Shown here: in pieces, positions 9,515 to 17,414 of the stretch
Layout of the letters: the number at the start of each line of letters is the position of its first letter
Position numbering within the stretch: position 1 is the first letter of the stretch
Assembly (NCBI GenBank): GCA_016873295.1
Contig: VGXM01000006.1
Coordinates: forward strand, 44,525 to 108,524
DNA: 64,000 bases
Source of the DNA: Phycisphaerae bacterium
GTDB taxonomy: Bacteria; Planctomycetota; Phycisphaerae; Phycisphaerales; UBA1924
Direction: 5' to 3'
Translations under genes and position numbers: made by a program
Notes under the pieces: generated by a model
What the model saw: only the letters and a program-made list of their open reading frames with translations
The model's database searches: none
What the model was told of the DNA's origin: nothing

Positions 9515-10732
9515 TCAGTCGGTCAGGGCCGGCGCCGCCCGCGGGGCCGACGCGGTCAGCGCCAGCATGCGCTCCAGCGCGATCAGCGCCAGCCGCCGCG
9601 CCTCGGGGTGCACGCGGATGACGTTGACCTCCCTGGGCGAGCCGTCCCTGCTGAACGCGCCCGCCAGGTGATCAAGCACCCAGCACAGGTGGGGCTGGTC
9701 GATGCGGTACATGGTGGTGCACAGGCACTGGCAGTCGGAGAGGATGCGGACCGACACGCCCCGGGCCGCCGACTCGCGCGCCAGCCGCGCGACCAGGTTG
9801 TGCTCCGTCCCGATCGCCCAGCGCGACCCCGGCGCCGCCCCGCGCACGCTCCGGATGATGAACTCCGTCGACCCCGAGAGGTCCGCCCGGTCCACCACCT
9901 CCTTGCAGCACTCGGGGTGGACCAGGATGGTCGTCCGCGCGCGCTCGGGGTGGGCCGCGTCGTCGGCGCGGACCTGGTCGCAGTGCTCCGGGCGGAAGAG
10001 CTTGTGCACCGAGCAGTGCCCGGCCCACAGGACGACCCCGGCGTCGAGCACCTGCCGCGCCGTGGCCCCGCCCAGGGGCTCGCCCTTTCGCGCCAGCCTC
10101 GGGTCGTAGACGCACGAGCGCCGCTCCACGTCGATCCCCCGGGCCGCGGCGGTGTTCCGACCCAGGTGCTGGTCCGGCAGGAAGAGCACCTTGACGTCCT
10201 TGCCCCGCGAGAGGGCCCAGGCAAACGCCGCGTCCGCGTTGCTCGACGTGCAGCACGCCCCGCCACGCTCCCCCACGAACGCCTTCACCGCCGCCGTCGA
10301 GTTCACGTACGTGATCGGGACGATCTTGCCGGACCACCCCTGGTCCTTGAGCGACTCGTGCAGGCGGTCCCAGGCGTCGACGGCGTCGTCGTGGTGGGCC
10401 ATGTCTGCCATGCTGCACCCGGCGGACAGATCGGGCAGGATGACCTTCACGCTCTCGGGCGTGAGCATGTCCGCCGTCTCGGCCATGAAGTGCACGCCGC
10501 AGAACACCACCCAGCGCACGCCCCCGTCCCGGCATCGCTCGGCCGCGGCCTGCGAGAGCTTGAGTGAGTCGCCCGTGATGTCCGCGTGCCGGATGACCTC
10601 GTCCACCTGGTAGTGGTGCCCGAGGATCAGCAGGCGCTCGCCCAGCTCACGCTTGCGCGCCGCGATCCGCACCGCCAGCTCGCCCGGCGAGGCCTTCACG
10701 TAGCTCTCTGCGAGTGTCGGCTGCCACAGCAT
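9515..10732 (-). CDS. nadA: quinolinate synthase NadA
   Basis: Diagnostic segments are LLILGHHYQVDEVIRHADITGDSLKLS...VVFCGVHFMAETADML and three conserved Cys-containing segments. The ATG is at complement 10730-10732. Confidence 0.95.
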   Translation of the reverse strand: MLWQPTLAESYVKASPGELAVRIAARKRELGERLLILGHHYQVDEVIRHADITGDSLKLSQAAAERCRDGGVRWVVFCGVHFMAETADMLTPESVKVILPDLSAGCSMADMAHHDDAVDAWDRLHESLKDQGWSGKIVPITYVNSTAAVKAFVGERGGACCTSSNADAAFAWALSRGKDVKVLFLPDQHLGRNTAAARGIDVERRSCVYDPRLARKGEPLGGATARQVLDAGVVLWAGHCSVHKLFRPEHCDQVRADDAAHPERARTTILVHPECCKEVVDRADLSGSTEFIIRSVRGAAPGSRWAIGTEHNLVARLARESAARGVSVRILSDCQCLCTTMYRIDQPHLCWVLDHLAGAFSRDGSPREVNVIRVHPEARRLALIALERMLALTASAPRAAPALTD

Positions 10733-10784
10733 CGCAAGCCCCCGCGGCCCGCGACATCATAGGTTCCGCCTCGTGCCAACCCGT

Positions 10785-11120
10785 TCAGGCGGCCCGGGCC
10801 CGCGCGGTCAGCGGGCGCTCGAAGCGAACGGCGACGGTCCGACGGTCGCCCTCGGACTCCTTCACCCGCACGACCTCCGAACGCACCAGCGAGTCGCCCG
10901 GCAGCACGGGGCGGTCCGTCCACGCGATCACCACGTCGATGGCGTCGCCCGGGGCGGGCGGGCGCGGCGACTCGAACGTCACCAGCGCCCCACCCTCCGA
11001 TACGTCGGTCGTCCGCCCGGCCCAGAAGCGCAGGCTCGGGCGATGGAACATCTTGCAGGGGCGGTCGACCAGCTCGCGCGGGTGCCGGCGCCGGTCCGGC
11101 GCCTGGATGGTGGTGCTCAT
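10785..11120 (-). CDS. PilZ-domain protein, a putative c-di-GMP receptor
   Basis: The protein MSTTIQAPDRRRHPRELVDRPCKM...RTTDVSEGGALV carries the RxxxR and D/NxSxxG PilZ motifs. A GGAGG RBS lies upstream of the ATG at 11120. The N-terminal extension to 11225 is rejected. Confidence 0.7.
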   Translation of the reverse strand: MSTTIQAPDRRRHPRELVDRPCKMFHRPSLRFWAGRTTDVSEGGALVTFESPRPPAPGDAIDVVIAWTDRPVLPGDSLVRSEVVRVKESEGDRRTVAVRFERPLTARARAA

Positions 11121-11271
11121 GTCTGCCTCCTGAACGGGGGCGCCTCGGGCGCTCCCGTGGGTGCATCGACCGCGACGCCCACCGCCGACCGTCCGAGGCC
11201 CCAGAACCGCGCCCGACCGTTCCATCGGGATCGATCAAGCGGGCCGCACCATCGGCCGATAACACCGCCCG

Positions 11272-12348
11272 GTGGAGATCTCGGTGGTCATCCCGACGCG
11301 GAGGCGCGCCGCCAAGCTCGCGGCCTGCCTGGCCAGCCTGGCGGCCCAGGACATGCCCCGCGATCGCTTCGAGGTGCTCGTGGGGTTCGACGGCCCGGAC
11401 CCGGACGCCGCGGCCCGGGCGGGCGACGCTTGGCGTCACGCCGGCGGCGATCCCGCGTCGCTCCGCCTGTCCCAGTTCGACCGGGTCGGCTACCAGGCGG
11501 TGCGCAACCTGCTCCTGCCCGAGGTGCGGGGCCGGATTCTGCTCTCGACCAACGACGACGTGGTCGCCGATCGCTCGTTCGTGCGGACGCACGCGGCGGC
11601 CCACGCCGGGCGCTGCGCCATCGTCTCGGGCGACTCGCCCTGGCGGGTGCACCAGCCCGACCGCCTCTTCGACCGAATGATCCGCGAGACGTCCATGGTC
11701 TTCTTCCTCGACCGCATGGACGACACGGACCCGGCCCGCGACTGGGGCTTCCGGCACGCCTGGGGCCTCAACATGTCCACCCCCACCGACGCGGTGCGAG
11801 CGGTCGGCGGGTTCGTGGTGCTCCCCGGTCACTACGGCTACGAGGACACCGAGCTGGCCCACGCCCTCGCCGCCCGGTTCGGCGCCCCGGTGCTCTTCCG
11901 CCCGGAGGCCCGCGTGGAGCACGACCACCGCATGGAGCCGGAGGACTACCTCCAGCGCGAGTACCGCCTGGGGTTCGCCGCCGTCGGCCTGGCCCTCCAG
12001 CGCCCCGACTGCGCCCGCGCGATCTTCAACCGCGACATTCTGTCGAGCGACGAGATCGAGTACTCGAGGCAGTTCATCGCCCGCGAGCACCGCGGCGCCG
12101 CGGGCGCGCTCGCCGCCTTCGCGACCCTCGCCGACCTCCCCGCCTCCACGCTCGACGCCCCCCAGGGGCGGGCCCTGACCACGCTCCTCTACCAGCAGCA
12201 CCTGCCCCTGAAGCGCTGGTGCTGGCGGCGCGGGCTGCTCGACTCGTTCGAGGGGCGCGCCTGCGACCCCGCCCGCGCCCTCCAGTCCATCGCCGCCCCG
12301 CCCCCCCCTGCCCGCGACGCCGACCGCCACCGGCGCCGGTCGGCCTAG
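11272..12348 (+). CDS. glycosyltransferase family 2
   Basis: A GTG start gives VEISVVIPTRRRAAKLAACLASLAAQDMPRDRFEVLVGFDG...LSTNDDVV, a GT-A fold with the DxD region. Confidence 0.8.
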   Translation: MEISVVIPTRRRAAKLAACLASLAAQDMPRDRFEVLVGFDGPDPDAAARAGDAWRHAGGDPASLRLSQFDRVGYQAVRNLLLPEVRGRILLSTNDDVVADRSFVRTHAAAHAGRCAIVSGDSPWRVHQPDRLFDRMIRETSMVFFLDRMDDTDPARDWGFRHAWGLNMSTPTDAVRAVGGFVVLPGHYGYEDTELAHALAARFGAPVLFRPEARVEHDHRMEPEDYLQREYRLGFAAVGLALQRPDCARAIFNRDILSSDEIEYSRQFIAREHRGAAGALAAFATLADLPASTLDAPQGRALTTLLYQQHLPLKRWCWRRGLLDSFEGRACDPARALQSIAAPPPPARDADRHRRRSA

Positions 12349-12357
12349 AGGTCCCCC

Positions 12358-13050
12358 ATGCTCCTCGTCGTCTGCGGCATGCCGCGCTCGGCCTCGACGC
12401 TCCAGTACCAGCTCGTCAGCGAGATCGTCGAGCGCACGGGCGCCGGTCGCCGCCTGGGGTGGGACTGGCCCGCCGCGTCGCCCGGCATGGCCGACGCCCC
12501 GCGCCCCATGCACGTGGTCAAGGTGCACGAGCCCAACCCGTCCTTCGAGTCGCGCCTCGACCCGCGCTTCCTTCGGTACTTCTACACCTACCGCGACGTG
12601 CGCGACGCGGCGGCGTCGGTGGCGCAGTGGAAGGGCCCGGCCCACGGCACGCCCGAGGCCGCCGCCCAGTGGATCCGGTGGGCCGACCACTTCACCGGCC
12701 GCCCCGGCTCGCTGCGCTCTCGCTACGAGGACTGGACGCGGGACATCCCGGGCGAGATCCGGCGCGTCGAGTCGTTCCTGGGCCTTGCCCTTCCCGAGCC
12801 CGACCGCCGCTCGCTCGCCCAGACGCTCTCCATCGAGGGCCAGAAGGACCTGATCGAGCGCGAGCTGGTGTCGGCCGGGCGCGACCTGGACCCCCGCTCG
12901 CTGGTGTGGAAGCAGCAGATCCAGGACGCCCGCGTCGGCAAGTGGCGCACGTTCTTCGATCGGGCGACGCTCGACCGGTTCGACGCCCTCTGCGGCGAGT
13001 GGCTCGCCGCCCACGGCTACGAACGCTTCCGCGTGCCGCGCGTCGCCTGA
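12358..13050 (+). CDS. sulfotransferase-family protein
   Basis: MLLVVCGMPRSASTLQYQL matches the PAPS 5'-phosphosulfate-binding P-loop (PKSGTT-like). The length is about 230 aa. Confidence 0.7.
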   Translation: MLLVVCGMPRSASTLQYQLVSEIVERTGAGRRLGWDWPAASPGMADAPRPMHVVKVHEPNPSFESRLDPRFLRYFYTYRDVRDAAASVAQWKGPAHGTPEAAAQWIRWADHFTGRPGSLRSRYEDWTRDIPGEIRRVESFLGLALPEPDRRSLAQTLSIEGQKDLIERELVSAGRDLDPRSLVWKQQIQDARVGKWRTFFDRATLDRFDALCGEWLAAHGYERFRVPRVA

Positions 13051-13057
13051 CGATCCG

Positions 13058-14071
13058 TTACGCCGCGGCCCCGTACAGACGGACGACCTCGATCCCGCGC
13101 TCGCGCAGCGGAAGGCTCGCCTCCCACAGTTGTGCCTCATGGAAGTGTGACGAGAGGACCACGGCGTCAACGCCGAGCGATCCGGCGCGATCGGCGGAGA
13201 TGATCGGCACCCCCTGGAGCCGCGTGCCTTCCAGTGATGGGTCGTCGTCGAGGATGGCCACGGGCCGCGGCGGCATCACGCGCCCCGGCGCGAGCGCGGC
13301 GCGGGTGTGGCGCCCGGCGCCGTACAGCGCCACGCGCGCCCGCCCGCGCTGGACGCACTCGCAGATCGCTCGCGCCACGCGCGCGCGATAGCCGGCTTCG
13401 TAGGCGCGCTCGGGATCTTCACGCAGCCACTCCAGGGCCTCGGACCGCAACCACAGCCCGTCGACGCAGATCGTCTGATACTCCGCCCCCTGCACCCACA
13501 CTTCGTGCAGTTGGTGCAGCAGGAAGCCCCGGCTCCGCAGGTGCAGGTCGATCTCCGAGAACGTCGCCGCACCCGCGTACTCGGGCACCATCTGCGCCTC
13601 GGAGTTCACCGCCAGCGCCGTGCCGACCAGCCGTTCGGCGCCTCGGAGCACGTCGAGCTCCAGTCCCTGCACGTCGATCTTGATCAGGTCCGCACGGGGC
13701 ACGCCGGCATCCACGGCCCAGTCGTCGAGGCGGCGCACCGGCGCTTCGATCTCCTCCACCGTCTCGATCGCGCCGCCGTGGTAGGCCAACCCGCGCTCGC
13801 TCGGAGGCAGCACGCTCGAGAAGCGCGCGTCGCCCGTGACGCGGAACCGCGCCGTCCCGTTCGCGTTTCCCGCCGCCATGCGCACGGGCTGAATCGCGGG
13901 GCACTGGCGCGCCGCCCCCACAAGACCCGCGAACGACGCGGGTGTCGGCTCGAAGGCGTGGATCGTGGCGTGCGGGAACTGGCTCGCGATCCGGCGCGAC
14001 ACGTCCCCCACGTGGGCGCCCACGTCGAGCACGGTGATCGGGTGCGACCACTCGATCACGCGCTGCAGCAT
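13058..14071 (-). CDS. FkbM-family SAM-dependent methyltransferase with a C-terminal 95-aa module shared with the next two genes
   Basis: MLQRVIEWSHPITVLDVGAHVGDVSRRIASQFPHATIHAFEPTPASFAGL is the FkbM methyltransferase core. The C-terminal module is RARVALYGAGRHTR...ILDDDPSLEGTRLQGVPIIS...GVDAVVLSSHFHEAQLWE...GIEVVRLY. The ATG is at complement 14069-14071. The Arg-rich N-terminal extension of ORF 13058..14419 is rejected. Confidence 0.8.
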   Translation of the reverse strand: MLQRVIEWSHPITVLDVGAHVGDVSRRIASQFPHATIHAFEPTPASFAGLVGAARQCPAIQPVRMAAGNANGTARFRVTGDARFSSVLPPSERGLAYHGGAIETVEEIEAPVRRLDDWAVDAGVPRADLIKIDVQGLELDVLRGAERLVGTALAVNSEAQMVPEYAGAATFSEIDLHLRSRGFLLHQLHEVWVQGAEYQTICVDGLWLRSEALEWLREDPERAYEAGYRARVARAICECVQRGRARVALYGAGRHTRAALAPGRVMPPRPVAILDDDPSLEGTRLQGVPIISADRAGSLGVDAVVLSSHFHEAQLWEASLPLRERGIEVVRLYGAAA

Positions 14072-14118
14072 CGAGTACGCGTCGCGATGCAACTGGGGCA
14101 CGATCAGACTCCTCGCCG

Positions 14119-15567
14119 TCAGGCGGCCCTCTGCACCGCCCCCGGCGCGTACAGCCGAACGACTTCGACGCCGGCCCTCCGGAACGCCTCCGACCGACGC
14201 CAGAGCGCCTCCTCGTGCGCGTCCGACGAGAGCACCACTGCATCCAGCCCCATCCGCAGGGCTCGCTCCGCGGGCACGATCTCCACTCCGAACAGGCTCC
14301 CGCCGGCCCGCGCGGGGTCGTCGTCGATGATCCCCGCGATCGGCACCGGGCTCTCGCCGACCGCGGGTCCCAGGTCGCGCGTGTGAGCCCCCGCGCCATA
14401 CAGGGCGACGCGCCGGCATCCAACGCCCGCCAACCGCTGCAACGCCCGCGCCATGCGCTCGTTCTTCTCCGCGGCGTAGGGCCCGTACACGCGCATCACC
14501 TCGACGCGCCCGCCGTCAAAGAGCGGCCCGGTCGGGCGCCACGCCTCGATCTCCTGGGGCGGCGCCGCCACCAGCGCCGCGTCCGGGCCCAAAGCCGCCG
14601 CTTCGCTCTGCGTTACCACCGGGTATCCCCACAGACGGCTGCCGGCACGCCGGTCGTCGACAATGCACGCAATCTCCACCGGCGGCTCGCGGAGCGCCGC
14701 CGCCGCGCTGCGCGTGAACTCGCCCGCCCCGACCAGCGCGATCCGCCGCTTCCCGTGCTCGGCGCAGCGGGCCAGGGCCCGCTCCATGCTCGTGTTCCAG
14801 GCCTCGCGGGCACGCTCCTGCTCCAGCCACCATGCCATCCGCTTCTCCCACAGCCTCACCGGGTCGGCCAGGATCGGCTCGGGGTCGAAACGCCGATCGA
14901 CGCCCAAGGGCCCGTGCCCGGGGAACCCTCGCCACATCCTGGAGATGTACAGACGGCAGTCGTCGATGTCGCGCGCCTCGATCATCGAGCGCGATTCGTG
15001 CTGGGCCCGCTCGTCGGCTCCTCCCCGCCGGTAGTGGTCGTGAAAATGCGTGAGGTCAGGGCGGGTCCAGAGCGCGCCCAGGCACCGCGCGACCCAGTAC
15101 AACTCATAGTCGCCCCAGTTGTGGAAATACCCCCCCCACAGCGGGCCGCGCCCCCCATACATCGCGTCCACCCACCGCCGCCCGAGGAACGGGCTCCCGC
15201 AGTAATGACGCGCCCAGTTGTAGTCGTCGCCGTGGGGCTGCATCACGCCGAAACCGTCGGGGAATCGGGAGTAGAACTGCTCCGCCAGCTCCTGGGCGGT
15301 GTGACCCGGGTCGGGCTCCATGTCGTCACCGCCCGTCACGATGAGCGACGCCGACGCCGGCACGACCTCCTTGCAGAGCACGTTCACCGCGGTCGCCCAG
15401 CCCTCATACCGATCGCCGTGGACGACGACGTCGGCGTGAGGGCAGGCGAACCGCACCTTGTCCTGCAGGAGCGCTACGCGATAGCCGCGCTCCTTCCACT
15501 TCGGCAGCGTCTTGGCCGCCATGTCCGGGTACGCCGTCGGAATCGCCAGCCAGACCTCGTGCTCCAC
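14119..15567 (-). CDS. uncharacterised glycosyltransferase-like protein (paralog B) with two tandem copies of the shared C-terminal module
   Basis: A GTG start with GGAGG RBS gives VEHEVWLAIPTAYPDMAAKTLPKWKERGYRVALLQDKV...LIVTGGDDMEPDP...GVMQPHGDDY...GSPFLGRRWVDAMYGGRGPLWGGYFHNWGDYELYWVARCLGALW. It has 60-70% identity to the next gene. The two C-terminal module copies are RRIALVGAGEFTR...VDDRRAGSRLWGYPVV... and RRVALYGAGAHTR...IIDDDP...DAVVLSSDAHEEALW...GVEVVRLY. Confidence 0.7.
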   Translation of the reverse strand: MEHEVWLAIPTAYPDMAAKTLPKWKERGYRVALLQDKVRFACPHADVVVHGDRYEGWATAVNVLCKEVVPASASLIVTGGDDMEPDPGHTAQELAEQFYSRFPDGFGVMQPHGDDYNWARHYCGSPFLGRRWVDAMYGGRGPLWGGYFHNWGDYELYWVARCLGALWTRPDLTHFHDHYRRGGADERAQHESRSMIEARDIDDCRLYISRMWRGFPGHGPLGVDRRFDPEPILADPVRLWEKRMAWWLEQERAREAWNTSMERALARCAEHGKRRIALVGAGEFTRSAAAALREPPVEIACIVDDRRAGSRLWGYPVVTQSEAAALGPDAALVAAPPQEIEAWRPTGPLFDGGRVEVMRVYGPYAAEKNERMARALQRLAGVGCRRVALYGAGAHTRDLGPAVGESPVPIAGIIDDDPARAGGSLFGVEIVPAERALRMGLDAVVLSSDAHEEALWRRSEAFRRAGVEVVRLYAPGAVQRAA

Positions 15568-15575
15568 GCCGCCTC

Positions 15576-16691
15576 CTACGCCGCATCGCCGAACCACACG
15601 TCGCCCCGCCCGTCGTACATCCGCACCACGGGGATCCCCGCGTCGCGGAACACCGCGCTGTTGTCCCACAGCCGGGGCTCGATGCTGTTGGAGCTGAGCA
15701 CCACCGCCCCGGGCTGACGCCCCAGCGCTTCCTCGCGCGAGACGATCGGGTAGTTCCACAGGCGCGAGCCGTGCAGCCGCTCGTCGTCGTCGATGATGCA
15801 CTCCACCCGCACCGGCGGGTCGATCAGCACCGACCCCAGCCCGCGCGTGTGCTTCCCCGCCCCGTACAGCGCCACCCGCGCAAACCCCCGCGATCGGCAC
15901 CCCTCCAGCGCCTCCCGCGCCCGACCCGTCCACGAGCGGTTCAGCAGGTCCGACGCGTACAGGTTCACCCAGTGCGCCTCCGCCAGACGCGCCGTGTCCG
16001 CCTCCAGCGGCGACAGGTCCAGCGGCCGACCCCCCCCGATCGGCTCGTGACCGGGGAACCCCGTCCACGCACGCGACAGGTACAGCCGGCAGTCCGCCCG
16101 GTCACGCCCGTCGATCTTCGCCCTGAACTCCCCCTGCTCCCGCGGCAGGCGCGTGAAGTGCTCGTGATAATGCGACAGGTCCGCCCGCGACCACAGCGCC
16201 CCCATGCACCGGGCCACCCAGTAGATCTCGTTGTCGCACCAGTTGTGGTAGTAGCCGTCAAAGACCGGCCCACGACCGCCGTACATCGTGTCGATCCAGC
16301 GCCGACCGAAGAACGGACTGCCGCAGTAGTGCGGGGCCCGCAGGTACCCGTCGCCGTGCGGCTGCATCACCCCGAACCCGTCGGCGAATCGGGAATGGAA
16401 CTGCTCCGCCAGCTGCCCCGCCCAGTGGTTCGGATCGGGCCTCATGTCGTCGCCCCCGGTCACGACCAGCGACGCCGACCCCGGCACGACCTCCCTGCAC
16501 AGCCGGTTCACCGCCCAGGCCCACCCGCGGTAGTCGTCCACCCGCAGCACGCGGTCGGCCTCCGGGGCCTCGAACCGCACCCGGTCCTGCAGCAGCGCGA
16601 TCCGGTATCCCCGCTCCTTCCAGAGCGGCAGGTTCCGCCGGCACATCTCCGGCGACGCCGACGGGATCGCAAACCACACCTCGTGCCCCAA
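15576..16691 (-). CDS. uncharacterised glycosyltransferase-like protein (paralog C) with one copy of the shared C-terminal module
   Basis: A TTG start aligned to the GTG of paralog B gives (M)GHEVWFAIPSASPEMCRRNLPLWKERGYRIALLQDRV...LVVTGGDDMRPDP...GVMQPHGDGY...GSPFFGRRWIDTMYGGRGPVFDGYYHNWCDNEIYWVARCMGALW. The C-terminal module is ARVALYGAGKHTR...IIDDDERLHGSRLWNYPIVS...GAVVLSSNSIEPRLW...GIPVVRMY. Confidence 0.7.
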   Translation of the reverse strand: MGHEVWFAIPSASPEMCRRNLPLWKERGYRIALLQDRVRFEAPEADRVLRVDDYRGWAWAVNRLCREVVPGSASLVVTGGDDMRPDPNHWAGQLAEQFHSRFADGFGVMQPHGDGYLRAPHYCGSPFFGRRWIDTMYGGRGPVFDGYYHNWCDNEIYWVARCMGALWSRADLSHYHEHFTRLPREQGEFRAKIDGRDRADCRLYLSRAWTGFPGHEPIGGGRPLDLSPLEADTARLAEAHWVNLYASDLLNRSWTGRAREALEGCRSRGFARVALYGAGKHTRGLGSVLIDPPVRVECIIDDDERLHGSRLWNYPIVSREEALGRQPGAVVLSSNSIEPRLWDNSAVFRDAGIPVVRMYDGRGDVWFGDAA

Positions 16692-16866
16692 CGGACCCTC
16701 CGCGCAGTATCCCCCAACCCCCTATCGGCCTATCCCGCCGAACCCCTTGACCACACCCCCTCTCCTCCCGGAGTCCCGATCACGCCCCCCCCGGTGCTCT
16801 CCGGGGCGAGCGCCGCTGGTACCGCGGCTTGCTCGGGCTCGCGACGCGCGAAACGAAGTGCCCATC

Positions 16867-17051
16867 ATCAAGGCCCGACTCAGCGGCCGCTGTAAACCAG
16901 ACCGCCCGACTCTCTCCCGCCCGCCGAGAGTCTCGCCCCGAGAGGACCGCCGGGCCCCCGTTTCGCCAAGGGGTTGGCCCACACGCCGAACCACAGAGCG
17001 CTCTCGCGAGCGCGCCCCCTCCGCCCGCAGCGCGATTCCCCACGCGGTTTG
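16867..17051. repeat. copy 1 of a 185-bp direct repeat (R1), about 360 bp upstream of the tail-fibre-like gene
   Basis: catcaaggcccgactcagcggccgctgtaaaccagaccgcccgactctctcccgcccgccgagagtctcgcc...cgctctcgcgagcgcgc...acgcggtttg is near-identical (2-3 mismatches) to 19831..20016. It contains the perfect 12-bp palindrome cagcggccgctg, the hairpin gactctc-N11-gagagtc and the palindrome ctcgcgag. Weaker similarity extends to about 16849..17062. Confidence 0.85.
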
Positions 17052-17312
17052 ACGGGCTTCCCGCCGCCCCTCCGGGCCCCCGATCCGCAAACGAACAGGG
17101 CCGCGCCCCTTTGATGCGGCCCTTGAAGCTCCATATCCGCAACCACCGCAAGCCGTACGGGCGGCGGTTTCCGCGTTCTGCTGGCAAAGTGGCTGGTGAC
17201 GCGCAACAGCCGCCGGGCCCAAGGGGCAATAATGTGCAAGGCGCTACGAAGGACGGAGAGTACGCCACGAAACGCCCCGCCGCTCGTATGCTCGCGATAC
17301 GTGAAAAACGGC

Positions 17313-17341
17313 TTGACCAAAGCCCGCTATCATTGTAGACT
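17313..17341 (+). promoter_or_regulatory. candidate sigma70-type promoter for the tail-fibre-like gene
   Basis: TTGACC, a 17-bp spacer and TAGACT lie about 75 bp upstream of the ATG at 17415. This is a sequence-only guess. Confidence 0.25.
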
Positions 17342-17414
17342 GTTGTGTCCGCTTTGCCGCCAGGCCCGTCGTTGATTGGCCTGGGAAGAGGTCCGAACCA
17401 ACGGAGGTCATGCC

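Noticed and set aside
16829-17338. ORFs spanning direct repeats R1/R2 (16829..17338, 19764..20465, 16722..17222, 16780..17268)
   Set aside because: The translations are Pro/Arg/Ala-rich and identical only because the DNA repeat is identical. The repeat is better explained as non-coding.
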